Below, piece after piece: positions 48,359 to 61,653 of a DNA stretch of 64,000 bases; the first letter of the stretch is position 1; each line of letters opens with the position of its first letter. The notes beneath the pieces are model-generated. The model ran no database searches, was not told the origin of the DNA, and saw only the letters and a program-made list of their open reading frames with translations. The DNA comes from Octopus sinensis (taxonomy: Eukaryota): assembly GCF_006345805.1 (NCBI RefSeq), contig NC_043000.1:10540001-10604000 (forward strand), read 5' to 3'. The position numbers and the translations under genes were made by a program.

Positions 48359-51300
48359 AGAAAATAAATTGAATGATTAATAAAAATATAAAATTGAAAA
48401 CACAGCTTATCAGTTTGCCGCAAATAATTCTTTCATTTGCTGTCAACAATTCTTATGTTTGCTACAAACAAATTCTTAAGGTGAAGAATACTGATTCAGA
48501 GATGCAGGGTGGCCAACTTATAAATGGAAAAGTAAAATCTGCAGAAATCCTAAAACTGTGTTCAGATATAAACCTGGGAACATCACATTTCGCTTCCAAT
48601 CTTACATTTAATATCTATTGCTAAAACCACAAATACAACTACAATATTTGAAGAAAAAAAAAGTAAGTAGAACTATAAAGGGGAGACCCCCGCCATCCCC
48701 GTAGTTCTACACAAGATATTTAATCCAAATGGAAAAACACAGGTCTGTTTTAAAAGAGTCAAACTGAAAGTAAATCAGTCAACCTGTCACGATAAAAACT
48801 CATCTCTACAGAATAAAGCATTGTTAGGACGAATTTCCATGCTTTCATTCTTTGCAACAAATTTACGTTATTGTGTAGTGAGTTCAGGTGCTGACATGAG
48901 TTATCTTTTCCCCCTCCTCCCATCAGCACGGCTCTGTATCTAAGCGGCAGGAGTGGGGATGGAAAAGTTCATAACTTGATAAACTTTATTTTGATAAACT
49001 TCCATTTGAAGTTTCATGAAAGTGAAAGAAAAATTCAACAATAGCTGATAGTGCTAAAATTTGGATGTAAGATACTTTGACGAAAGGGGAAAAGGAGGAA
49101 AAAGAAAAAAAAAATGGTAACTATTGTGGAAATAGCATGATCAGAGAAAAATGCTAAAAAAAAAATGCTGAATAAAATTTTAAACCTGCTATTTCCCCTG
49201 CTAAATGCTAGATTCAAAAATTTTCTGCTAAATGCTGAAAAAAATGCAAGATCTAGCATAAAATATGCTAAATTGGCAAACCCTATAAGTTATCTCCCCT
49301 GGTGATGTAACCTCTCGCAGTTTAATGATGGGACCAAACGATGTTGTAATAAACTACCAAGCGACTTGATGAAACAAATGACTAAACTTCAAATAATTCC
49401 TCTTGTTAGTAAGTATTCGACTTTTCAGTTACTTTAATTGTCTTCTGTTAGTATCTCAGCAATACCATGGAATTAATTTTGCCCATTATAACAACGCATT
49501 CTCTGCTACTAACACATATGCTTCTCTACACTTTCTATCATCGTGTCGCGTTAATAACCTTAATATTATTTATAAGCCTTGTTTGCTGTTTACTGTCGGC
49601 AAATCACCCTAATTCTTAATATAGTACAGTAACCTAGGTTTTGTCAGGTAATTCCTTTTTATCACTTCATTCCCACTTAGCATCTCCAATTCAATTACAT
49701 ATCTTTATTCTTATTCGACGGTAGACTACCTCATTCGGGACACTTCACTTAATCTTCTAATACAAAAATTACAGACTCTGTTATCTAAATATAGTTTTTT
49801 TAAATAAAAACACCCATAAATATATTCCTTCGTTGTTTCAATGTTTCTGCTAAGATCGAAACATTCTCTCTCTATATTTTCTGTAGATTATACGTAATTG
49901 CAACGTTTGTATGTTGCCTGTCTTTCGAGACAGTATTTTACTAAAATATTCAATGAAGACATCTTGTTAAAAGATTCCTTAACTAGTAATGATTATAAGA
50001 AAAGATATATATTTGTTTAATTGTTATTTAAAACATACATAAATCTTACTTAAAACTCAAACGTACCTAACCTGTCGCAACACGAATCGAGACAAGCATT
50101 AAAATAACTTCGTAGAAAATGAAATTTTGGGAATAATTAAAAGTTTGAAATTTGTTTTTTTGTATATTATTGTGATGATATCGATAATTCAGTATCTCAA
50201 ATTCTATTTTTCCGTTATTTGTTTCATGACAATAAGACTTTCTTTGCTGTCCGTGTTATGTGAGAGATATAGTGTTCTAGCAGATAAATTTATTTCGAAA
50301 ATATATCCTCTTTAGGTTACGTTTTTTGTTTTGACATTTAATCTCTGAAGCATGGATTTTATAAATCACCTCCCACTTGTTTAATACGCTTTTTTCTTTT
50401 ACTTTTTTCTTCTAATGGTCTTAGTATACAAATATATTGAGCATCGGCTTTTCAAAGTCTTAAAATTAAAATAAAAAAACCTTATTTAAAAAAAAAACAC
50501 AGCATAAAAAACCATAATAAGGAATCTCAACCTAATGCTTTATAAATTACATAAAGGGCACGGTTAATTTTTTTATATGTGTGCGGATTTTAAAAGTATT
50601 AAAAAACATTGATAAATCTCAATTTAGTGTTTTTTCTAATCGTATTTATATATTAATTATAGGGATAATGAACGCTGGCATTGATAATCTTTGAGTATAG
50701 CGTGCCACTTTCACTTTCTCAAACTTTTAGTTAGCATCAGTTTGGCGGTCACGGAAGATTTCTATTTTTTAAACTGTACTGCAGCCAGTTTGTTTGTCAT
50801 AGGGGATATTTTAGGTGCAATTCTGATGCATCGGAGTGTCTAGAATTGTTGTTGTTGTAAACGAGAGGGTATTATGATAGGAAGATTTGGCAGCTATTTC
50901 TAGCAAAGAGAAGCATTTCAATTAACATTATTGTTACTTTTTCAAACACAAGAATAAATAAGACTTTAATTTGATTTAATTCAAACTGGTACTTTCCTTC
51001 TAGTTTCGGAAACTTTGGTTTTATCCTTCAGTTTCGAAAGATAATAATGATTTCAGCAATGAATATCTTAAACAGTTGAAGGAATTTGGGAGCCAATGAT
51101 CAACTTCCGTGATATTATGGAACAGCTGTAATAGAACATATTGTTGATGAATAGCAATTTTTATTTTCCACTAGGTTCATATTTATCCTTACATTATCTC
51201 CATAAAAATTCTTGCAAGTAACTATTGAAAAGTTCTTCAGATGCACCATTCATTTACTTCACTTTTATGTCATACCATAAAACTAAAACGATTTGGTAGT

Positions 51301-51426
51301 TTGTGTATGTGTCTGGCAGTTAGCAGAACTGATGGAATTCTTACTGTGGTTCACAATACATTGACCAAATTCCAATAGCAATTCTCATCATGGCTTGTCT
51401 GCTGAAATGAAAACATAAGGAGACTG

Positions 51427-51830
51427 GGATCTTTTCGGTTTGAACGGCAGTTTTTTCGAACGGTGTCATATGAAATTGTCACCCATAATTATGACCCTAG
51501 TATCGATCTAGGTACGCATTTCAATCTGTTTTAGGGTTAGGGGTGGGGGGAAAGGTATCTTTTTTTTCTTCACAAATGTAAATAAACCCAATCTGTTTCT
51601 TAAACGAGGGACATATTCATACGGCACAGAATGTTTTTTACCTCAATAGACGTCAGTGATTGGTTGAAATTGCAGAAAAAAAAACAACAGTGTTACAAAC
51701 TATAGAATTTTCTCAATAAAGCCAAGAGAAAAAGATGTTTTATAAACACATTCTACCAGTATACGAAGTTTAAAAGTGTTTAGTTACCTAGAAATTATGT
51801 TAAAAACTGCCGTTCAAACCGAAAAGATCC
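51427..51830 (+). mobile_element. TTAGGG-carrying MITE, short type
   Basis: TIRs intact. 8-bp TSD GGAGACTG (51419-51426 and 51831-51838). Confidence 0.9.
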
Positions 51831-52067
51831 GGAGACTGTTCAAATCAGCTTGCTGGTGGCTGATGTGGCCAATACAAGACAGACATGCAGCAATATATCT
51901 ATTTTATCACATGAATGTTCCAGTTATTGGAGCAAATTATTGATCCACATGCAATTTTATTTCCTCTAATCTTGAGCAGTGTGTCTACCCAGTTACCCCA
52001 AATGCTCAGCAGTGTTGCATTAGAGCATTTACACTCTTGGTATTTTTTATATTGTCAAGACAGCGAG

Positions 52068-52473
52068 CTGGCAGAATCGTTAGCACGCCGGGTGAAATGC
52101 TTAACGGTATTTCGTCTGCCGCTATGTTCTGAGTTCAAATTCCAGCAAGGTCGACTTTGCCTTTCATCCTTTCGGGGTCGATTAAATAAGTACCAGTTAC
52201 GCACTGGGGTCGATGTAATCGACTTAATCCGTTTGTCTGTCCTTGTTTGTCCTCTCTGTGTTTAGCCCCTTGTGGGTAGTAAAGAAATAGGTATTTCATC
52301 TGCCGCTACGTTCTGAGTTCAAATTCCAGCAAGGTCGACTTTGCCTTTCATCCTTTCGGGGTCGATTAAATAAGTACCAGTTACGCACTGGGGTCGATGT
52401 AATCGACTTAATCTGTTTGTCTGTCCTTGTTTGTCGCCTCTGTGTTTAGCCCCTTGTGGGTAGTAAAGAAATA
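52068..52473 (+). mobile_element. SINE family 2, dimeric
   Basis: Same junction aaagaaata|ggtatttc (52289/52290). Confidence 0.9.
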
Positions 52474-53649
52474 AGTATTTTTTATGTTGTCAAGTTACAT
52501 CTGACTATCAGATTTAACCCCCTTTCGAATAGTTTTCATTTGTCTGTCTTCCTTTGTATTTTTTTTTTCTTTTTCTCTCAACATAAGTCATTCAGTGGTT
52601 AAATACAGAAATTCAGCATTTTGTATTGTAATTCTTCCTTCCTCTAACAATGATGCATCACTTGACAAGTGAGTTTCACCCTCAAGTTACATGTAAGTAG
52701 TTATGATAAGGGATCTTGTATACCAAAGGCTTTTTAATGACAGCACTTTCCCCAATTATCAAGAAGTTGTTACTACTTTCAAGTATTGGTCATTGTAGAA
52801 AATGCTTGACTCCATGCTACCGACAACTACTATTTATAATTAGGATCAAAAAGATTGCTCAAACTGCAACTTTATCTCAAAGAAAAGGAGTCCTATATAT
52901 TGCCTTTTTGTACATGACTTACGCAAAAAAAAAATTAGCTTTTGTCTCACACTTGTGACACATGGCATTTCTTGCTGGATGTTTTTTTCTGCTCGTGTCT
53001 ACACTCCCCACATACACACAAAATCACTTTCGAGAATCAGCTGCTGAAAGTTTCTGTTTGGTGTCCTGTTTTGTAAGTAGTAGAATTTAAGAAGCTATCC
53101 TCATTATAAATGTTATGCTGTTGAACTAAGTCCAATGTTATGACTTGTGGTACTGCTTTTCCAAATGTTGTGTTCTATTTTCATGTAGTATAAACCTTAT
53201 ATATGTTGCTAATATTCAAGACATAAGAAGGCAGCAAGCTTGCAGAATTGTTAGCATGCCAGGCAAAATACTTAGTGGCATTTCCAATGTTCCAAATTCA
53301 AATTCTTCTGAGGTCAACTTTACATTTCATCCTTTCAGGGTTAGTAAAATAAGTACTAGTCGAACACTAAAGTGAGGGCCAATGTAATTGTCTTGCCTTC
53401 CATCTCTGAAATTGCTGGCCTTGTGCCAAAATTTGAAACCAATATTCCAGAAATATTAGCATTTGTTATCAAAATGCTTAGCAGCCTTTGTCCTTTATTA
53501 TTATTTTTTTTTACATTCTTGGGTCAACTTTGCATTTCTTCCTTTTGTGGTTGATAAAATAAGTTAATAAAATAAGTTATGGTGGGGGGTCAATGTAACT
53601 AACTATCCTCTCCCTCCAGAAAATGCTGGCTCTATGCTAAAATTTGAAA

Positions 53650-54180
53650 CTATTATTGTATGTGATAACTCTACTGAAAATCATAAAAAAATTTGAAGAC
53701 ATTTCTGTCTTGTGTAAAATATCTTGACCTTTTCCAATAAAAAAGTGTATTTCTGATAAATCAAATGTCAGTTTCCTTGGTTGTTAGATTAAAGGCTAAA
53801 AAAATATCAATTGATTCTTATAGGTTACTTTTTCTGAAATGCCTTAAAGTGCCTACTTCTAAAAAGGAACTTTAGAAAATAAAACACTGGGTTGCTAGTT
53901 TATTATTTCAAATGGATGATACATTCTTCTTCTGATAAAGGAAGATGTTTAATGTTATGTACCACTTTTCCCATTCTTCAAGAAGCTATTACTATTTCAG
54001 GAAAAAATGGAAATTGATAGGAAAAGTGCTTGTCTCCATGCTAGTAACAATTCCATTCCATTTACAATCATGACCAAACATTGTTCTAGCTGCAACACAA
54101 AGAGGGCATGCTAGTGACTTTTTCTGCTGTGCCCTTTCCAAAAGTGAACGGTGGAAATGTTTGGGAACAGGAACACTACC
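53650..54180 (+). pseudogene. Decayed Gypsy RT/RNase H fragment
   Basis: KKCISDKSNVSFLGC*I, PTSKKEL*, IPFTIMT and VLAATQRGHASDFFCCALSKSERW match KCxF....xFLG, PxxxKEL and LAAxL..xxVAFFSRxLSKSE. Confidence 0.55.
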
Positions 54181-56444
54181 AGACTGTTATTATGTGTAGC
54201 TAATAGGGATTGATTAAATGTGCTATTGACCAGATTGGTCAAACTGAAAAACAACTGTCATGAATTGTGCACCTTATACCTAAGGTGCACAACACTAAAA
54301 CCTTCTGTCCTACTGGGTGTATGTGTTTAGGTCTGTAATTATGGGATTACTTTAGAAAAGACACGGACAACCTTTTTTTTTCAAGAAGCAGGCTGCCTGA
54401 GACACAGCTCACCATCAAGTGGACTGCTTGATATCCAAGGTAATTTATCGTTAAGTATGCCATTCAGAAAGTCCCATGGGCCACAGTTTGCCTATGATGG
54501 TTTTAGAACTTGCGAGGTGTTATAAATAGGTTGGAAGCCTAGCCTAGTTGGACATAATCTATAATTTATTCTTCTCTTGTATTCTTTTATTGTGTTTTGT
54601 GCTGTTGAGAAAGGAGCTGTCAAGAAGTTGAGTTCTTATGTAAATGGTAATATTATCTCCTACTGAGACATTTTACATATAAAGAATTCAATTGATATAA
54701 AGTAAAAGAATAAAATATTACACTGGAGGGTCAAACTGTCTTCATGTAGTTTCGACAATTTTTTATCAATGTAGAACAGTGTGTATACTGATATTTTGTC
54801 ACAAATGTGCTGACCTGCTGAAGCAGATTAGAATTTTAATCAATATCTTCATGATCAGTTGTTTCACTCAGGTATGTGAAAATTTTTGCACAACGTAGAT
54901 TTGATATCACCTGTTGAACCATTATTAGCTGTCTCAAAGAGCTATCTTTAATTGTAACACCTGGTGCTTTCCATATCAATAGAGGAGCTCTATTCATGTT
55001 GAAGTGAGGAATTTTCTAGAACAACAAAGAATTGGGTAAAAGAGCAATTTTAGCCTTACAACCATAGAGAAAATAAGCAATGTCAGAGAAACAATCACAG
55101 AATGGATATGAGTATCATTAGTTTTAAAGTTGTAGAACCTTCCAGAATTTCTTTGGGAAGATGTTCTTTTTTTTTTTTTTTTTCATTGTACTTTAAAATT
55201 TGACAAGTTAGAAGAAATGAGCAATGCAGGAGAAGCAATCAAACAACAAGGAGCTCATTGTTGTTAGCTTTTATCTCATAAAATCTTCTAGAAACTTGTT
55301 GGGAGAATGTTCTTTTAGAAGTATTTCATTTAATTCATTCTCTGCTCACAATTGCTACTGATAATCATTTCTATCTTTTTAGTAACTATCTTTACTTGAT
55401 GTTTTTCTACTTTTTTGGCTAGTTTTTCTTGGCCCCTAGCATTAGAAGATATTTACACACACACACACACAAAAGTGATCCTTTAGTAGAGAAAGCTGAA
55501 TTATTGTAAGTTTACTTATGTTTAAAAAAAGTACTGGAGTAGTAGACACTATTTTGTTCTGTGAATTGCCACTATGCCCAACGTCTGGTAAAATAATTAA
55601 GCATGCAGAACCAAACTTGACAATTGCTGACTCAGTTCCAGATTCCAGGTCTCAGCAACACTCCTGGATCTTTAAGCTATTTCTCTAGAGGTAGACTCTT
55701 TGAGTAGCAGAGATTGTGAAAATTATTCCACTGAACTCTACCATTCTTATCACTTCTTTTGATAAGCTTTATCATTGAAAGAGAACTACTAAACAAGCCC
55801 CGAAAGACTTAATTTGTGATTTATGTTACATTGTAGAAACAAACTCCATTTCCAAATTGGAATTATTTGGTGCTGCAAGTTTTTGCTAATTTTACAATCT
55901 CATAGTTCATTGTTTTTTGTTTTGTTTTGTTGTTTCTTTTTCTTTGAATGAGTCTGAATGTTGTAATAGTTAGTGCATCACATGATAGATGAGTTATCTC
56001 CATTACTTAACCAAATATTGAGTTGCAGCATTATTTGTTCAATAAAGTCTGTGGTATACTAATCTCTTATTTTGTCACATGACATTGTATTCAACAGTTA
56101 TCCAACGAATTTTATATTTTTTAAACTTAATTTGGGATATAAAGGGCATTTACTGCTAGACAGAATTTAACATAAAACCATTGACATTCAAGGGTTCTAA
56201 GTCATCTAAAATCATTTCTTTGCTTTTTTACCAAAACAAACTCTAAATGGCGTATTATGTATTTAAGGATGAAAGTCAATTTATTGATTTGTAACGAATT
56301 TCTCGACATTGTTCTGTTATATTTCCTATTATTCAGACAGATCTACCTTGTCACAACTGTCACCCAACTAACAGCTGTACTGCATGGTATGTATTCAGAA
56401 TGATGCATATCTGAAGGCAAGTTTCTTGTTAGATATGTTATTTC

Positions 56445-56660
56445 TTTACTACCCACAAGGGGCTAAACATAGAGGGGACAGACAAAGGTATTAAGCCAAT
56501 TACATCAACCCGAGTGCGTAACTGGTACTTAATTTATCGACCCCGAAAGGATGAAAGGCAAAGTCGACCTCAGCGGAATTTGAACTCAGAACGTAACAGC
56601 AGATGAAATACCGCTAAGCATTTTGCCCAGCGTGCTAATGTTTCTGCCAGCTCGCTGCCT
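56445..56660 (-). mobile_element. SINE family 2 monomer
   Basis: Reverse complement of the family-2 consensus. Confidence 0.85.
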
Positions 56661-57974
56661 TCTGGTGAACCAGACGTGTGTAAAAAAATTGTAATATCAA
56701 CCACTACACTGATAGGATATTGTTTAATTTATCCAGACTATGCATTCTACCAAGTTACAACATAACACTCAATGCATCCAAAAGAATCAGGTAGTAGATG
56801 TTGCAAAAAACTACAAGATTTATGCACATAGGACAGGAGATCTCCTTTATCTATTTGGTACTATTTACGAGGGGAATATGCTTTCCAGTGCAGATTTGGT
56901 GTTAAAATGGGGTGAGTTTAACTATTTAATGGGCTTGGTAATAAAACAATGGTAAGTGGTTTTTCGAATATATTGTTGTAGTCCTTCAGCTCATTGGATA
57001 CCGTTGAACCTTCTAACCCATGCCAGCATGGAAGACAGACATTAAATGATAAGGATGATAAGTAGTTGTATACATTTCTGTGAAAAGAGTATATGTTGTG
57101 GAATATCCAAGTGCACCAACCTGTTGATATTGTAACACTGTGGAATTATGTAATTCAGTGTAGTTGAGTGATATTGTACTTGGAGTAGTTCCAACATTTT
57201 CATGCTTCAAGTGCTTATGATTCAGCTTATAATAATAATGATAATAAGGCTACATTTCTGCTATAACTATTTGGTTTGTTCCTTGTGTAAGAATATAGTC
57301 CTCCTATTTGGCAATGTATGGTGGTAGAAGCATTGCTTGACTGTTGTTGATGTCTGTAGATAATTGGGATTGATTAAATGTGTCATTGCACAAATTGGTT
57401 ATATTGAAAAAGGCAGCTGTCATAAATTGTTCACCTGGCATCTAATGTGTTTTCCAACTTGGAAGGTTTCTGTCTTACTGTGTTTATATGTTTGAGTCTG
57501 TAATAATGTAACTGCTTTAGTACTTACAATGTGTGAGATCAGGAAAGGTTTGAGGCACAGGCTGGTTGGACATAGTCCATTTATTTATTCCTTGTACTGT
57601 TTGTCTGCTCATGTTACAGTGAATGAGGAAGAGTTGATACAAGCTTTCAGAAAACTGAATCTGTAACAAAGTTTTTAACTCCCGGTTCAACCATTTTACT
57701 TCGTCTCTGTTTCTCATTACCTCTGGAAAAGTTATGAATATCTCAACTTTTACTTTTTTGTTTTCCTAGAATTATATATATATATATAGTGTACATTTAG
57801 TGTATTATATTTATAGTGTATATTTAGTGTACATATAGTGTATTTATATGAATAATATATAGTCTATTGACTAAATTTTTACACGCTAGCCCACTGGTAA
57901 TAGAAATTTCTAATATTTCTTATTACCCTTTGATATTATTAATAAATATATTTATATATATCTATATATAAGTG

Positions 57975-58340
57975 CAGGAGTGGCTGTGTGGTAAGTAGCT
58001 TGCTAACCAACCACATGGTTCCAGGTTCAGTCCCCACTGCGTGGCACCTTGGACAAGTGTCTTCTGCTACAGCCTTGTGAGTGGATTTGACTGAAAGAAA
58101 ACCATCACACATATATATATATATATGTGTGTGTGTATGTTTGTGTCTGTTTTCTCCATCCACCATTGTTTGAAAACCGATGTTGGTGTGTTTACATCCC
58201 TGTAACTTAGCAGTTCAGCAAAAGAGACCGATAGAATAAGTACTTGGCTTACAACAAATAAGTCCTGGGGTCAACTTGTTCGAGTAAAGGCAGTGCTCCA
58301 GCATGGCTGCAGTCAAATGACTGAAACAAATAAAAGAGTC
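57975..58340 (+). mobile_element. SINE family 1
   Basis: Head ggctgtgtggtaagtagcttgc...ggttcagtccc, internal (AT)/(GT)n, tail to gaaacaaataaaaga. Confidence 0.85.
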
Positions 58341-58569
58341 TAACAACCACTATATTTGTTTTTATTTGGAATGTCGAATATATATTGTACAATACAAACA
58401 AGAAGGTGATATTCTTTCTCTTCAGCAGAATTAATGGGTAATATTACCCTTACAAGGCGGGGCTGTTTGTTGATGACGTTTTCCACCTTGTGAGAGTAAT
58501 GTTACCCATTATTACTGGTGATATAACGGCATCACTGCATTTGAAGAAAAAAAATATCACCTTGTTTGT

Positions 58570-58738
58570 ATCGTGGCTTTGTGGTAAGTAGCTTGCTTAT
58601 GAACCACATGGTTCCAGGTTCAGTCCCACTGCGTGGCACCTTGAGCAAATGTCTTCTACTATAGCCTCGGGCTGACCAAAATCTTGTGAGTGGATTTGGT
58701 AGACGGAAACTGAAAGAAACCCGCCGGATATATGTGTG

Positions 58739-58793
<55 letters not shown>

Positions 58794-59005
58794 ATGTGTA
58801 TGTTTGTGTGTCTGCTTGTCCCCCCCCCAACATCGCTTGACAACTGATACTTGTGTGTTTATGTCCCTGTACCTTAGCAGTTCGGCAAAAGAGACCAATA
58901 GAATAAGTACTAGGCTTACAAACAATAAGTCCTGGGGTCAATTTGCTCAACTAAAGGCGGTGCTCCAGCATGGCCACAGTCAAATAACTGAAACAAGTAA
59001 AAGAG
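58570..59005 (+). mobile_element. SINE family 1, full length
   Basis: Complete head, microsatellite and tail structure. Confidence 0.9.
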
Positions 59006-59300
59006 TATATATATATTGATAGATTTATGTGTTGTCATTACTGACGATGGTTCATGATACGATATTCAGTAGTCCACAGAAAAAAATCATCTATTTATAT
59101 TAGAGTTGTAATGTTTAAATGTTAGGTGTTTATCGGTATGTGTTCGTGTATTTGTTTATTTTGTTTCCCCATTGAGTTGCATTATTTGATGTTGGATATG
59201 TTCTGTTTAATTTGTGGTTTAATCCCATTGATTTTTATGCTCAAGTGGTCCATGAAAATATTCAGTAAGTGAAAATCGTCCACAGTAAGAAACCAGTTAA

Positions 59301-59521
59301 CCCTTTAGTGTTTAAACTGGCCATATCCGGCCGAAGTTTTCTACCTATTTTATGTTCAAACTGACTAGATCAGGGCTCTCACACCTAACCTACATTAACA
59401 TTCTAAAAATAAACAATCACGTCATTGAAACCTCAAAGCTATAAGATAATGCATGATTAATTAAAAACAATTTGAGTAAAAAAAATATTACATTTAACAG
59501 AGTAATCTGAACACTAAAGGG
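59301..59521. mobile_element. piggyBac-type MITE family P2
   Basis: TTAA|CCCTTTAG...CTAAAGGG|TTAA. Confidence 0.85.
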
Positions 59522-59789
59522 TTAAAGAACCTCTGAACTATGTCATAAACTAGAGTGAAAGTTTTACAATTTCGTGTCCTTTGCTGTGAAATATTATCAG
59601 AATATCATCTAACTGCTCGTCGAATTAAAGTTACGAAAGTAGTTTGCTGACATTTGCCTGTTCTATAAATTATTCAGTTGGTAAACACTAGCATGATTTA
59701 TACAAATTCTTAGTTACTGAAATTCTCTAAACATTCCACAACAGTTTTCATTATATCAACATTTATTTTAAACATACACACTCTTTTTA

Positions 59790-60412
59790 CTCTCTTTTAC
59801 TTGTTTCAGTCATTTGACTGCAGCCATGCTGGAGCACCGACTTTAGTCGAGCAAATCGACCCCATGACTTATTCTTTGTAAGCCTAGTGCTTATTCTATC
59901 GGACTCTTTTGCCGAACTGCTTAGTTACAGGGACGTAAACACACCAGCATCGGTTGTCAAGCGATGTTGGGGGTACAAACACAGACACACACACGCATAT
60001 ATACATATATTTTTCTTCTTTTTCTTTTACTTGTTTCAGTCATTTGACTGCGGCCATGCTGGAGCACCGCCTTTAGTCAAGCAAATCGACCCGGGGACTT
60101 ATTCTTTGTAAGCCCAGTACTTATTCTATCGGTCTCTTTTGCCGAACCGCTAAGAGATGGGGACGTAAACACACCAGCATCGGTTGTCAAGCAATGCTAG
60201 GGGGACAAACACAGACACACACACAAAGATATATATATACATATATACGACAGGCTTCTTTCAGTTTCCGTCTACCAAATCCACTTGCAAGTCTTTGGTT
60301 GGCCTGAGGCTATAGTAGAAGACATTTGCCCAAGGTGCCATGCAGTGGGACTGAACCCGGAACCGTGTGGTTGGTAAGCAAGCTACTTACCACACAGCCA
60401 CTCCTGTGCTTA
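59790..60412 (-). mobile_element. SINE family 1 with tandemly duplicated 3' half
   Basis: Tail present twice (59790-60000, 60020-60245), one head (60255-60412). Confidence 0.85.
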
Positions 60413-60967
60413 TATAGGAAGTCTATTCATCAGTAATAGGTTTAAAAAAACTAGAATTAAACAATGTCCTTGGCCATGTGGCTATTTTGCTCCTAATGAC
60501 CTTATTAAACTACAAGTCTTTCTTTTTTTTGTTCTGTATTAAAATATCTTTGTTGATTTTCTCTTGTAAGCTGGTCTTCCTTGAAACTTCCCTAGACTAC
60601 TAGCCTTCATTTGTTTATCAAAGACGTTATATTGTGAATATGTCAGTTTTATAAATATCAGTTATGTAACTGATAAGCTCTAAATTTTCTAAAAATTTTG
60701 ATTGGCTGATATTATTAGAGTTATCTCTTTGTTTTGTTTTTAGATTTTTAAACACCTCTAGAAGTTTTTGTTTACTCATAGCATAGATAAACTGAAGTTA
60801 TTCAAAGTTTTTCAATGCACTATATTACAGTGAGACTCAACTGTTTCTACAGGTATGTGTGTGATATACATATATGCAAAACACTCTCCTGAGGTATCGT
60901 GTTGATATTCATAATCAGGGTCTTTGCATTCCCTATATCTATATATTTATTTATATATATATATATA

Positions 60968-61524
60968 TTGGGTTGTCCGGAAAGTTCATGCCAATTTATA
61001 GTAGCTTACCTTTCGACTTATTTTAGAACATGGTTGAGTCCATAAAATAGGATTTGACTACACCTCCATTTAGAGCACAGTTTAAGCTATCTTTTTGTGG
61101 AAGAAGGTTTATGTTCCTATAACCTGTGTTAATTCTGTAACCCTTTAAAATGGAAGATAAGAAAGTTCATTTTCGGCACTTGATGCTTTGGGAAGCAGAC
61201 AAAAATTGCTGCAGCTCAGCTGGGATGTGTTACCCCACCCTCCATATTCACCAGATATTGCTCCTTCGGATTTCCACTTATTCAGGTCTCTGCAGAATAG
61301 TCTTAATGGTAAAAATTTCAATCATAAAAAGATACCTTGATGAATTCTTTGCCATGAAACCCCCTCAATTCTGGGAAGAGGGTATTTTCAAGTTAAAGGA
61401 AAGATGGAGATTCATTGTGCAACAAAATGGTTCCTATTTAGTTGATTAAAAATGTAATGGCCAGTATTTATTGACCTTTTTCTTTCCTTTAAAAAAATCA
61501 GCACGAACTTTCCGGACAACCCAA
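60968..61524 (+). mobile_element. Internally deleted mariner element
   Basis: TA|TTGGGTTGTCCGGAAAGTTC...GAACTTTCCGGACAACCCAA|TA. Start MEDKKVHFRHLMLWE is fused to a C-terminal piece, WDVLPHPPYSPDIAPSDFHLFRSLQN (mariner YSPDLAPxD motif). Confidence 0.95.
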
Positions 61525-61616
61525 TATATATATATATATTCAAAATGTGACCGTGTGTGTACCATTGAGGATTTTTTTTTCTCCATCTTCCCTTCTTTGG
61601 TTCTTTCCTTTTCCTA

Positions 61617-61653
61617 TGTTTCTGACGAAGAGCTCCACTCGAAACATTAAACC
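61617..61653 (+). ncRNA. Probable degenerate minimal hammerhead-like motif in a ~200-bp (AT)n-flanked unit
   Basis: GUUU CUGACGA A GAG-CUCCA-CUC GAAAC AUU AAAC. Stems I and II can form, but there is an extra A and stem III reads ACAU instead of ACGU. Confidence 0.45.

Noticed and set aside
59036-59075. CTGACGA...GATA hammerhead-like string
   Set aside because: GAAA core is mutated, stem II does not pair well, and there is no UH triplet.
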